32,000 nt of DNA. Origin: Pseudoalteromonas tetraodonis (GTDB lineage Bacteria; Pseudomonadota; Gammaproteobacteria; Enterobacterales; Alteromonadaceae). Shown in pieces: positions 8,667 through 17,169 of the stretch (the stretch's first letter is position 1; every line of letters starts with the position of its first letter). The stretch spans positions 2,820,001 to 2,852,000 of the forward strand of contig NZ_CP011041.1 in NCBI RefSeq assembly GCF_002310835.1. The letters are read 5' to 3'. The notes beneath the pieces were generated by a model. That model did no database searches, was not told the origin of the DNA, and saw nothing but the letters and a program-made list of their open reading frames with translations. The translations under genes and the position numbers were made by a program.

Positions 8667-11462
8667 TCAATCTAGCCCAAATATTGCCTTCCAAACCGTG
8701 CTAACATTATTGATATTTTCACTAAACTCTTCGCGTTTAACGCAGCGACCTTGCTGGTCTAAGCTCAACACATGATAGCGTGAGCGATAGTCTATATACG
8801 CTTGAATAAGCTGCTTTTTTTGAATATCGCTGATACAGCCAATTTTAGCCGCATCAGTTAAAATTCTCACATTGTCAGAATTATCGCATAAGTGGGTAAA
8901 CTCATGGGCATGTTTTAATACCAAGTATTGCGTTATAAACTCAATATCGGTCATGGCACCTACATCTTGTTTTAAGTCAAATTGCTGCGCATTGCCTTTA
9001 GCCAAATGGCCACGCATTTTTTCGCGCATTTTAATCACGTCTGCTTTTAAAGTATCTTCATCACGTTGTTGGCACAATATCTCGGCGCGAATTTGTGCAA
9101 ATCGTGTTACTAATTCAGCTTGGCCTAAAATCAGCCTCGCTCTAACCAGCGCTTGGTGCTCCCATGTCCATGCTTGCGTTTGCTGATAATGATTAAAGCT
9201 TTCTAGATTAATAGCTAATAGCCCTGATGCACCTTCTGGACGCAGACGAGTATCTAACTCATATAAAATACCTGAGGCGGTACGGGTATTAAATAAATGC
9301 ATTAATCGTTGTGCGAGTTTTAAATAAAACTGCCTTGAGTCAATCGCTTTATCACCATTGGTGTAGCTTGTACCATCATGGTTATGCACAAAGACTAAAT
9401 CGAGATCCGAGTCATAACCCACCTCAAAACCGCCAGTTTTACCATACGCAATAACCGCAAACCCCTTGTTTTCATCATCGGTGTTAGGTGGCATACCAAA
9501 GCGTTTTACGCAGTGGTACCACGCAATATTTACAGCCTGATCGACTATCGCTTCAGCCAATGCTGTTAAGTGATCGCTTACTTTCATTACATCAATAACG
9601 CCCGTCGCATCAGCTGCGGCAATGCGTAATTGATGGGTTTGCTTAAACTGGCGCAGCGCTTCCATTTGCTGCTCTAAATCGTCATGTTCAATGCGTAAAA
9701 AATACTGTCTTATTTCATCTTTATACGCAGTTAATGGGGTTGGCTTGTAAAGCACAGCTGGGTCGATAAGTTCATCGAGCAAAATGGGGTATAATGAAAT
9801 ATGCTCGCCAATCCATTTACTGTGGCAACAAAGTAAAACCAATTGTTTTAGCGTTCCTGGATTTTCATACAGCAACTCTAGATAAGCGGTGCGCGAAATA
9901 ATTTTATTTAATATTTGGCATACCGTTGCAAAGGCGCTAGCACTGGCATTAAAGTCGTTTAACTGTTTAAGTAATGCCGGCATTAATTTATCAAGAATAT
10001 CGCGCCCACGATTGCCGACTTTAGCTTTAGAAAGTCGTTGTTTAAAGTCGTATAATGGTGTTTGCCACTCATCTCTGGGCTCATTTAAAAAGCTAACATC
10101 GCCGTGATCCCAAGCACTAATAAACGCCCCTTCACAGGTATCAAGTGGTTCAGTTTCTTCGCCTATAACCTGTGTAAATTCGTTATGTATTTGGCTCATC
10201 ACATGTTCTATTTTCACAAGCGTTGCCGCAAAATCTGCCTGAGCGAGCAACACATTGAGTCGCTGTTGATTTAGCTCATCATCGGGCAGTGTTTGTGTTT
10301 GTTGATCATCAAATATTTGTAGGTATTGCTCTACTTTGCGTAAGTATAAGTAATTGCTTTTTAAATCTTTAGCTTCAAGCTCATCAATAACTTGGCTTAG
10401 TGTTAACTCTTTTAATGCAATTAATAAAGATTGCGTTTGTAAGTTTGCCTCTCTGCCACCTCGCACCATTTGCAAAGCCTGAACGATAAACTCCACTTCG
10501 CGAATGCCACCACCACCTAACTTAATATTATTGGTTAAGCGCTTACGACGCACCTCTTGGGCAATCATAAGCTTCATTTTTCTTAGCGACTCAATAACCG
10601 AAAAATCAATATAACGGCGATACACAAAAGGCTTTAATAACGTATTAAACTCCTGCCAATAAATGTTAGGCGTGCCAATTAAGCGCCCTTTTAACATCGC
10701 GTAGCGCTCCCAATCACGCCCTTGCTCTTGGTAGTAATCTTCAATGGCATTAAAGCTCATTACCAACGGACCACTTTCCCCAAATGGTCGCAAACGCATA
10801 TCTACGCGAAAAACTTGGCCATCGACCGTACATTGATTAAGTGCTGTAATTAGCTTTTGGGCAACTTTAGTATAAAAGACAGATGCTTCAAGCGAGCGAC
10901 GCCCACCTTGGGTTTTAACATTGCGAGGATATGCAAAAATAAGATCGATATCAGATGAATAATTGAGTTCTTGTCCACCTAGTTTACCCATTCCTAATAC
11001 CATTAACGGTAACGGGTTGTTGTGCTCATCCAATGGCTCACCATTGGTTTTAGCGACATTTTTATAGGCCCATTGATTAGCACTGTCGATCAGTTTATTA
11101 GCAAGTTCACTAATATATTTAATACTATTTTCAATCGGGTTTTTGCAGCATAAATCTAAAAAAGCCACCTTTAACCAGTATTTTTCTCGGTATTGGCGCA
11201 GTAACTTATGGCACTCACTCTCTTCTATTTTAGTTATATCTAGCTGTGTAAAAGGGTCTAAAATTTCTCTATTTTTAATTTCGTGTTCACACAGTAACCA
11301 AGACAGTAGCGCAGGTTGAGAGCTTAAGCTGCGCCAAGCAAAATCACTTAACGCCAATAGCCGTATTATCTGCTGCTGGTTTTGTTGCTCTGGGTACAGC
11401 GCGGCAAAGCGTGTTTCACCGAGTTTTTGTAATTCAATAGGAAGCTGCGTGTCGTTACTCAT
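8667..11462 (-). CDS. glnE: Bifunctional glutamine synthetase adenylyltransferase / adenylyl-removing enzyme
   Basis: ~931 aa. Two nucleotidyltransferase halves (GMGKLGGQELNYSSDIDLIF and AYGKTGGFEVGYDSDLDLVF), each followed by a GlnE-type helical domain. The track starts at TTG 11465; I prefer the adjacent ATG at 11462, which has a GAGGG SD. Confidence 0.95.
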   Translation of the reverse strand: MSNDTQLPIELQKLGETRFAALYPEQQNQQQIIRLLALSDFAWRSLSSQPALLSWLLCEHEIKNREILDPFTQLDITKIEESECHKLLRQYREKYWLKVAFLDLCCKNPIENSIKYISELANKLIDSANQWAYKNVAKTNGEPLDEHNNPLPLMVLGMGKLGGQELNYSSDIDLIFAYPRNVKTQGGRRSLEASVFYTKVAQKLITALNQCTVDGQVFRVDMRLRPFGESGPLVMSFNAIEDYYQEQGRDWERYAMLKGRLIGTPNIYWQEFNTLLKPFVYRRYIDFSVIESLRKMKLMIAQEVRRKRLTNNIKLGGGGIREVEFIVQALQMVRGGREANLQTQSLLIALKELTLSQVIDELEAKDLKSNYLYLRKVEQYLQIFDDQQTQTLPDDELNQQRLNVLLAQADFAATLVKIEHVMSQIHNEFTQVIGEETEPLDTCEGAFISAWDHGDVSFLNEPRDEWQTPLYDFKQRLSKAKVGNRGRDILDKLMPALLKQLNDFNASASAFATVCQILNKIISRTAYLELLYENPGTLKQLVLLCCHSKWIGEHISLYPILLDELIDPAVLYKPTPLTAYKDEIRQYFLRIEHDDLEQQMEALRQFKQTHQLRIAAADATGVIDVMKVSDHLTALAEAIVDQAVNIAWYHCVKRFGMPPNTDDENKGFAVIAYGKTGGFEVGYDSDLDLVFVHNHDGTSYTNGDKAIDSRQFYLKLAQRLMHLFNTRTASGILYELDTRLRPEGASGLLAINLESFNHYQQTQAWTWEHQALVRARLILGQAELVTRFAQIRAEILCQQRDEDTLKADVIKMREKMRGHLAKGNAQQFDLKQDVGAMTDIEFITQYLVLKHAHEFTHLCDNSDNVRILTDAAKIGCISDIQKKQLIQAYIDYRSRYHVLSLDQQGRCVKREEFSENINNVSTVWKAIFGLD

Positions 11463-11486
11463 CAATACCCTCTTTTATCTCACCAA

Positions 11487-11506
11487 TAACCATACTAGAA
11501 TGGTTA
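11487..11506. promoter_or_regulatory. Inverted repeat TAACCAT-N6-ATGGTTA in the glnE / DUF350-gene divergent region (candidate operator)
   Basis: Perfect 7-bp arms (11487-11493 and 11500-11506) in the 78-nt divergent intergenic region. No function is known. Confidence 0.25.
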
Positions 11507-11540
11507 AAAACCTATCAAGGTAAATCTATTTAGGAACACC

Positions 11541-12434
11541 ATGTCATATTTGTCATTATCTAACACTAGTTTAGTTGCGATTGCTATTAGTTTTGTGGTT
11601 ATTTGTGTCATCATCATCAGTTTAAGAATTGTTACTCAAATAAAAGCAAAACAAGCACTTAAAGAAGAATTGGCGCAACATGATAACTTTGCAATGGGGA
11701 TTAGTTTTGCCTCTGAAATATCTGTTGTTATAGCCACCATGGCGTTTTTATTTGATGAAATTAGTATTAGCACCGCACAATCAAACCCATTAAAAGTGAT
11801 TTTGTTAATTGTGCTGCTCTTTTCATTTATTAAAATGGGGCATTTAATCCATCGTAAATGGATATTACGCCGCTTTAATGAAGAAGCCGCAATACTAAAG
11901 CAAAACGTCTGTGCTGCGCTGGTTGACTCGGGGATGCTTATTGCCAATTGTATTTTAGCGCTGGGTTTATATACATGGACACATACTCAGGGGTTTAGTA
12001 ATTTATTAATTGCCTCAGTAAGCTTTTTTGTGTTGCAAGGAATGTTTGCTTTGGACAGTAAAATACGTGAATACCGCTTTGCTAAAGCAAATCAAGGCGC
12101 CTCATTGCAAAGTAATTTTGGCTTAGAAAATACCTCTATTGGTATTCGCTATGCGGGTAAGTCAATTGGATTAGCACTTGCGGCGTATGCTGGTTTATCT
12201 AGTGCGGCCTTTCAAAATGGTAAAATGGTAGAAAACTTATTTACCTTGGTAATGCATTGCGGTGTGATGTGGCTGTTACTATACTGTTTAACGTATATTA
12301 TAAAAATTATTTCAATGCCTAATATCGACACCGCACTTGAAGTCGATCATCAAGATAATATTGGTATTGCGTGTATTGAATTTGCTGTATTTTGTGCTAT
12401 TGGTTACTTACTTATAAGTATGTTTTCAATTTAG
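11541..12434 (+). CDS. Polytopic inner-membrane protein with four DUF350-like repeats
   Basis: 297 aa, ~8 predicted TM helices. A DUF350 (YjfL-like) signature recurs four times: HDNFAMGISFASEISVVIA, KQNVCAALVDSGMLIANCILA, LENTSIGIRYAGKSIGLALAA, QDNIGIACIEFAVFCAIGYL. AGGAA SD. Confidence 0.7.
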   Translation: MSYLSLSNTSLVAIAISFVVICVIIISLRIVTQIKAKQALKEELAQHDNFAMGISFASEISVVIATMAFLFDEISISTAQSNPLKVILLIVLLFSFIKMGHLIHRKWILRRFNEEAAILKQNVCAALVDSGMLIANCILALGLYTWTHTQGFSNLLIASVSFFVLQGMFALDSKIREYRFAKANQGASLQSNFGLENTSIGIRYAGKSIGLALAAYAGLSSAAFQNGKMVENLFTLVMHCGVMWLLLYCLTYIIKIISMPNIDTALEVDHQDNIGIACIEFAVFCAIGYLLISMFSI

Positions 12435-12441
12435 TACCAAA

Positions 12442-12495
12442 CTGGTTAAATTAAGCCGTTACTAAACGTCCCTATTTAATAGTCTGGTAAATTAA
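12442..12495 (+). repeat. Direct repeat CTGGT(T)AAATTAA x2 upstream of the 157-aa ORF
   Basis: CTGGTTAAATTAA at 12442-12454 and CTGGTAAATTAA at 12484-12495. A GTCCCT...AGGGAC imperfect hairpin (12468-12502) overlaps the second copy. Function unknown. Confidence 0.3.
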
Positions 12496-12511
12496 CAGGG
12501 ACTTTAGGCAT

Positions 12512-12985
12512 ATGGAAATAAAAACAGCGAGTTATCTCTTAATTGATATAGACAACGAGTTTAGCCATTCATTTATTAAACACTATATAAACTCAAATGA
12601 TCCAGCTAAAAAAGACATCGTTATTGCCGGAGCTAATACCCAAAAGCTGGTTAAAATGATGTTTGATGAACTCGTTAAAGATTATTGCTATTGCGATATT
12701 GAAAACGAAATAAGCATTTCTGAGCTGGCCAGCTACCTACACGAACACCACAATATTCAGGGGGTACTGTTTAACCAAACAGATTACTTGCTCGCCGATG
12801 ATACACAGCGCTTTATTTATAATTCACTGCATGAAAAACGCTATATGGTTATTCAAACAGATCAAGGGTATGAAATTAAGCCCATAAAAGATGAATGCCA
12901 TTCAAACCATTTATCGTGTGATACCGACATAGCTCAAACTGCACAAGAGTTAACAGAGCTTTTAACCCCCGAATATGAAAAATAA
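12512..12985 (+). CDS. Hypothetical acidic cytoplasmic protein; no domain recognised
   Basis: 157-aa ORF on the same strand as its flanking genes, with no competing ORF. Weak SD. No signal peptide or TM segment, and no motif I can name. Confidence 0.6.
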   Translation: MEIKTASYLLIDIDNEFSHSFIKHYINSNDPAKKDIVIAGANTQKLVKMMFDELVKDYCYCDIENEISISELASYLHEHHNIQGVLFNQTDYLLADDTQRFIYNSLHEKRYMVIQTDQGYEIKPIKDECHSNHLSCDTDIAQTAQELTELLTPEYEK

Positions 12986-13055
12986 ATAATTGCACCCAAG
13001 CCTTTGCTTACTTACCATAGAGAGATATAACTTCTATGTAAAAAAGTGATTTGCC

Positions 13056-13790
13056 ATGCGAGTGCCCCATATTTATCAATCATCACCGATTGCTCTCAAC
13101 ACCCCTTTAAATCTTGACGATGACGCTGCAGGCCATGTAGGTCGTGTGCTACGAATGAAAGTGGGCGAGCAGGTTTCTATGTTTAATGGTGAAGGGGGTG
13201 AATTTCTCAGTGAAATTATTGAAGTGAGCAAAAAAACCGTTGTTGTTATGCCCCTTGAATTTAATCCTCATGACGTTGAATCGCCATTAAAGATTCATTT
13301 AGGCCAGTGTGTATCCCGTGGTGATAAAATGGATTTTACCATTCAAAAGTCGGTTGAATTAGGGATCACTGAAATAACACCTATTTTTAGCCAGCGATGC
13401 GGCGTAAAACTCAGTGGCGACCGCCTAGAAAAAAAACACCAGCAATGGCAAAAAATAGCCATTGCTGCTGCAGAGCAGTCTGGGCGTAACTTTGTACCAA
13501 TCATTAATCCTCCCGTAGATTTAAAACACTGGCTTGAACAGCAAACCGATGCAATTAAATTAACCTTACACCCGCGCGCCGAGCACAGCATTAAAACCAT
13601 TACTGTTCCTGATGGTGGCGTGCGATTTTTAGTGGGCCCTGAAGGGGGATTTACCGATGATGAAATGGCGCAAACTAAACAACAAGAATTTGTAGATATT
13701 CGCTTAGGTCCGCGAGTACTTCGCACAGAAACAGCAGCGTTAACCGTTTTAAGTGCACTGCAATTACAATTTGGCGATTTAGCTAATTGA
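13056..13790 (+). CDS. rsmE: 16S rRNA (uracil1498-N3)-methyltransferase
   Basis: 244 aa. N-terminus MRVPHIYQ...L..D.A.HV.RVLRMK and C-terminal SPOUT motif FLVGPEGGF...E......GF....LGPRVLRTETA. Immediately upstream of gshB as in E. coli. Confidence 0.9.
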   Translation: MRVPHIYQSSPIALNTPLNLDDDAAGHVGRVLRMKVGEQVSMFNGEGGEFLSEIIEVSKKTVVVMPLEFNPHDVESPLKIHLGQCVSRGDKMDFTIQKSVELGITEITPIFSQRCGVKLSGDRLEKKHQQWQKIAIAAAEQSGRNFVPIINPPVDLKHWLEQQTDAIKLTLHPRAEHSIKTITVPDGGVRFLVGPEGGFTDDEMAQTKQQEFVDIRLGPRVLRTETAALTVLSALQLQFGDLAN

Positions 13791-13856
13791 AATAACTAAA
13801 AGCACCCACATATCAAGATTACAGTTGTAAAAAACACATAAATTAAGGCACAGCGC

Positions 13857-14807
13857 ATGGCAATTAAGTTAGGTATTATTTCAGATCCTATTAGTGGATT
13901 TAATATTAAAAAAGACACCGGTTTTGCAATGATGATGCAAGCACAAACCCGTGGCTACGAAATTTACTACATGGAAATGGATGATTTATCGCTGCGTCAA
14001 GGCAATGCCTACGCCACTGCAGCCAAAGCTCAAGTTTTTGATAACGCTCAAAAGTGGTACCAACTTGAAGAAAAAGAAACCATAGCGCTGGCTGATTTAG
14101 ACGTTATTTTAATGCGTAAAGATCCGCCTTTTGATACTGAATATATTTACGCAACGTATATTTTAGAGCGTGCAGAACAAGCAGGCACATTAGTGATTAA
14201 TAAACCACAAAGCTTGCGCGACGCCAATGAAAAACTCTTTACAGCTTGGTTTAGTGAACACACGCCAGATACATTAGTAACACGCAGCCAAAAACAAATC
14301 CGTGAGTTTTTAGCCCAGCATAAAGATATTATTTTAAAACCGCTTGATGGCATGGGTGGCGCCTCTATTTTTAGAGTAAAAGCCGATGATGCTAATATAG
14401 GCGTAATATGCGAAACCTTAACCGAGCATGGTAGCCGCTTTGCCATGGCGCAAAATTATATCCCAGAGATCACTCAAGGCGATAAGCGCGTATTGGTTGT
14501 TGATGGTGAAGTGATTCCTTATTGCTTAGCGCGTATTCCACAAAATGGCGAAACACGCGGTAATTTAGCCGCAGGCGGTCGTGGTGAAGCCCGCCCAATT
14601 AGCGAATCAGATCTTAAAATTGCAAAGGCGGTCGCCCCTACTTTGAAAGAAAAAGGCTTAATATTTGTAGGTTTAGATATTATTGGTGATAAGTTAACTG
14701 AGATTAACGTAACAGCGCCAACCTGCGTAAAAGAAATTGAAGCCGCTTACGATATTTCAATTACCGGCATTTTATTTGACGCCATAGAGAAAAAGCTTAA
14801 TAAATAA
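13857..14807 (+). CDS. gshB: Glutathione synthetase
   Basis: 316 aa. MIKLGI..DPI..I...KD..FAMM.EAQ.RG N-terminus. ATP-grasp motifs (ILKPLDGMGG, GDKR.L..DGE, RIPQ.GE.RGNLAAGGRGE, GLDIIGD.LTEINVT.PT). Confidence 0.95.
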   Translation: MAIKLGIISDPISGFNIKKDTGFAMMMQAQTRGYEIYYMEMDDLSLRQGNAYATAAKAQVFDNAQKWYQLEEKETIALADLDVILMRKDPPFDTEYIYATYILERAEQAGTLVINKPQSLRDANEKLFTAWFSEHTPDTLVTRSQKQIREFLAQHKDIILKPLDGMGGASIFRVKADDANIGVICETLTEHGSRFAMAQNYIPEITQGDKRVLVVDGEVIPYCLARIPQNGETRGNLAAGGRGEARPISESDLKIAKAVAPTLKEKGLIFVGLDIIGDKLTEINVTAPTCVKEIEAAYDISITGILFDAIEKKLNK

Positions 14808-14836
14808 ATTATCACTGAATCAGTTCAAAGATATAA

Positions 14837-14863
14837 AGCGATGACGCTTATCGTGTCATCGCT
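14837..14863 (+). terminator. Hairpin downstream of gshB (weak or atypical terminator)
   Basis: 9-bp stem AGCGATGAC (14837-14845) / GTCATCGCT (14855-14863) with a 9-nt loop. No following U-tract. Confidence 0.3.
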
Positions 14864-14942
14864 GAAAACTCGAATAAATTTTTAGTGTTAAAACATGGGA
14901 CTATGCCATACTCAAGATTCAATAACTAAAAGGGTAAAACTT

Positions 14943-15500
14943 ATGCAGTCATTAGAAAATCACTTTTTAATCGCAATGCCATCAATGCAAGACCCTTTTT
15001 TTAAACGTGCCGTCACTTATATTTGTGAACACAACGAAGAAGGCGCTATGGGATTGGTGATCAATCAGCCGATTGATGTCACCGTAGGTGAGTTACTCGA
15101 CAAAATTGATATTGATAACGATAAATCTCAACATGCCGCGCAAGTGACTGTGTTTGCTGGCGGGCCGGTAAAAACAGACCGTGGCTTTGTGCTACATTCA
15201 CCTAAACCTGGGTACTCGGCAAGCCAAAAGTTGAGCAGTGATATTATGATCACAACCTCAAAAGATGTGTTAGCCACGTTAACCACAGCCCAAGCACCCG
15301 AGCAATTTATTATTACTTTAGGCTACTCCGGTTGGGAACAAGGCCAATTAGAGCAAGAGCTATTAGACAATAGCTGGCTGATCATTAAAGCCGATCCTAA
15401 AATAATTTTTGATACTCCAGTAGAAAAACGCTGGGAAATGGCAGTCTCTATGCTTGGTTTTGATATTGGCCAATTAAGCCCCGAAGCCGGACATGCTTAA
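14943..15500 (+). CDS. yqgE: YqgE/AlgH family putative transcriptional regulator (UPF0301)
   Basis: Start moved from 14895 to ATG 14943, which gives MQSLENHFLIAMPSMQDPFFKRAVTYICEHNEEGAMGLVINQP. This is colinear with the E. coli YqgE N-terminus (MNLQHHFLIAMP.LQDP.F.RSVVYICEHN..GAMG). AAGGG SD. Confidence 0.85.
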   Translation: MQSLENHFLIAMPSMQDPFFKRAVTYICEHNEEGAMGLVINQPIDVTVGELLDKIDIDNDKSQHAAQVTVFAGGPVKTDRGFVLHSPKPGYSASQKLSSDIMITTSKDVLATLTTAQAPEQFIITLGYSGWEQGQLEQELLDNSWLIIKADPKIIFDTPVEKRWEMAVSMLGFDIGQLSPEAGHA

Positions 15501-15517
15501 TAACATAAAAGATATAC

Positions 15518-15967
15518 ATGACTAAAAAAACAGTAAAGCCGCAGGGTGAGCGCACCGTTATGGGATTTGACTTTGGTACCAAGAGTATTGGTATTGCTAT
15601 TGGTCAAGAGCTCACTGGCAGTGCGACCAGCTTAAAGGCGGTGAAAGCCCAAGATGGCATCCCTAATTGGGATGACATTGCTGTGCAAGTAAAAGAATGG
15701 CAACCCGATTTAATGGTTGTCGGGTTACCGCTAAACATGGATGGCACCTCACAAGAGGTTACCTTTAAAGCTAAAAAATTTGCTAATCGTTTGCACAACC
15801 ATTACGGCATTGCAGTTCATACTCAAGATGAACGCTTAACTACCGCTGATGCTAAAGCACGGTTATTTGAACGTGGTGGCTATAAAAATTTAGGTAAAGG
15901 TAACGTAGATAATATGTCTGCGGTGATCATTCTAGAGAGCTTTTTTGAAGCCAGTTATGGTGAATAA
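15518..15967 (+). CDS. ruvX: Pre-16S rRNA nuclease / Holliday-junction-resolvase-like protein YqgF
   Basis: 149 aa. [32 protein letters not shown] and [10 protein letters not shown] match YqgF. An alternative start at Met15 (15560) cannot be excluded. Confidence 0.9.
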   Translation: MTKKTVKPQGERTVMGFDFGTKSIGIAIGQELTGSATSLKAVKAQDGIPNWDDIAVQVKEWQPDLMVVGLPLNMDGTSQEVTFKAKKFANRLHNHYGIAVHTQDERLTTADAKARLFERGGYKNLGKGNVDNMSAVIILESFFEASYGE

Positions 15968-15971
15968 AGAA

Positions 15972-16022
15972 CTTAACCCACATAAAAAAAGCGCCTAAGG
16001 CGCTTTTTTTATGTGGGTTAAG
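15972..16022. terminator. Bidirectional rho-independent terminator shared by ruvX (+) and pilU (-)
   Basis: 51-nt near-perfect palindrome CTTAACCCACATAAAAAAAGCGCC-TAA-GGCGCTTTTTTTATGTGGGTTAAG. The GC core hairpin is flanked by A7/T7, giving a U-tract in both transcription directions. Confidence 0.85.
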
Positions 16023-16023
16023 A

Positions 16024-17160
16024 CTAAGTCATATTGCCTTTGTCATCAAGGCCATCAATGGTCACACCTTGTAAGAAGCCTGCGCCTTGTTGCTCGTTAT
16101 TACGTAGTTTAATCATCAAGCGTAAGTCATTTGGCGAATCCGCATGATGCAGCGCATCGGCATAATTAATACGTTGCTGTCTGTAAAGCTCAAACAGCGC
16201 TTGGTCAAAGGTTTGCATGCCCATCTCTGTTGATTTAGCCATGGTTTCTTTAATGCCACCAATATTACCGTTTTTAATTAGCTCACTGACCATTGGCGTA
16301 TTAAGTAATACCTCAATGGCAGCAACACGCCCTTCCCCATCAGAGGTAGGAATAAGTTGCTGAGCAATGATAGCGCGTAAATTTAATGCTAAGTCATATT
16401 TAAGCTTATCGTGCTTTTCTTTTGGTACTAAGTGCATAATGCGGTCAATAGCTTGATTAGCATTGTTAGCATGCAAGGTGGCAACACATAAATGACCCGT
16501 TTCTGCAAAGCTCAACGCATATTCCATGGTTTCTTGCGAACGAATTTCACCAATTAAAATAACATCAGGCGCTTGGCGCAAAGAGCTTTTAAGTGCCGAT
16601 TCAAAGCTTTCAGTATCTAAACCCACTTCACGTTGGGTAATAATACTTTTTTGATGTTCATGCACAAATTCAATCGGATCTTCTATGGTTAAAATATGCC
16701 CACGTTGATTGCGATTTCTATAACCAATAAGTGCCGCCAAAGACGTTGATTTACCGGTTCCCGTACCACCTACAAATAACACGAGTCCGCGCTTTGACAT
16801 AATCACATCGGTCAATGCAGAGGGTAATCCAAGCTCTTTAACATCGGGTATTTTAGTGACAATTCGACGAATAACCATGCCCGCTCTGTCGCGTTGCCAA
16901 AAAGCCGAAATACGAAAGCGCCCTTCGCTAGTTGCAATCGCAAAGTTACATTCTTTAGTGTTATGAAACTCTGCTTTTTGTTTTTCACTCATCGCTGATT
17001 CGACTAACTCTAGCGCTTGCTCATCTGTTAATTTATCGTCATTAAGAGGAGTTAGCTCGCCGTTAATTTTAGCGCTAATAGGAAGTTGGCTCGATACAAA
17101 TAAATCAGAGCCTTTTTTGTCGATCATTATTTGTAAAAAGTGATTTAAAGATAAAGTCAT
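16024..17160 (-). CDS. pilU: Type IV pilus retraction ATPase PilU
   Basis: 378 aa. PilT/PilU-family hexameric ATPase with Walker A GGTGTGKST, ILTIEDPIEF, Walker B DVILIGEIR and the His box GHLCVATLHANNA. The longer paralogue downstream of pilT, as in Pseudomonas. Confidence 0.85.
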   Translation of the reverse strand: MTLSLNHFLQIMIDKKGSDLFVSSQLPISAKINGELTPLNDDKLTDEQALELVESAMSEKQKAEFHNTKECNFAIATSEGRFRISAFWQRDRAGMVIRRIVTKIPDVKELGLPSALTDVIMSKRGLVLFVGGTGTGKSTSLAALIGYRNRNQRGHILTIEDPIEFVHEHQKSIITQREVGLDTESFESALKSSLRQAPDVILIGEIRSQETMEYALSFAETGHLCVATLHANNANQAIDRIMHLVPKEKHDKLKYDLALNLRAIIAQQLIPTSDGEGRVAAIEVLLNTPMVSELIKNGNIGGIKETMAKSTEMGMQTFDQALFELYRQQRINYADALHHADSPNDLRLMIKLRNNEQQGAGFLQGVTIDGLDDKGNMT

Positions 17161-17169
17161 AATAATTCC

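Noticed and set aside
13343-13726. 127-aa minus-strand ORF inside rsmE. Similar nested antisense ORFs occur at 6132-6362, 6532-6729, 7586-7882, 8872-9186, 9889-10107, 11636-11947, 14147-14446, 15604-15798, 17363-17548, 17795-18025, 20682-20966, 22137-22343, 22675-22911, 23768-24091, 24647-24877, 25246-25428, 25702-25977, 26195-26629, 28849-29109, 29314-29499 and 29985-30311.
   Set aside because: All lie within, and antisense to or out of frame with, genes that have clear homology-type signatures. Their Cys/Ser/Arg-rich compositions are typical of non-coding frames.
14841-14885. 14-codon mini-ORF (MTLIVSSLKTRINF) overlapping the hairpin downstream of gshB, considered as a possible leader peptide or attenuator for yqgE-ruvX.
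   Set aside because: It has no SD and no run of regulatory codons. The hairpin has no alternative pairing partner that I could find.
14895-14942. N-terminal extensions offered by the ORF track: yqgE from 14895, yggS from 18213, yggT from 19726, DUF885 from 22537, the ankyrin-like ORF from TTG 24516, glnE from TTG 11465, and SIMPL from TTG 25928.
   Set aside because: Downstream starts align with the N-termini of known orthologues, create a proper lipoprotein signal, or have a correctly spaced SD. The extensions overlap upstream genes or terminators.
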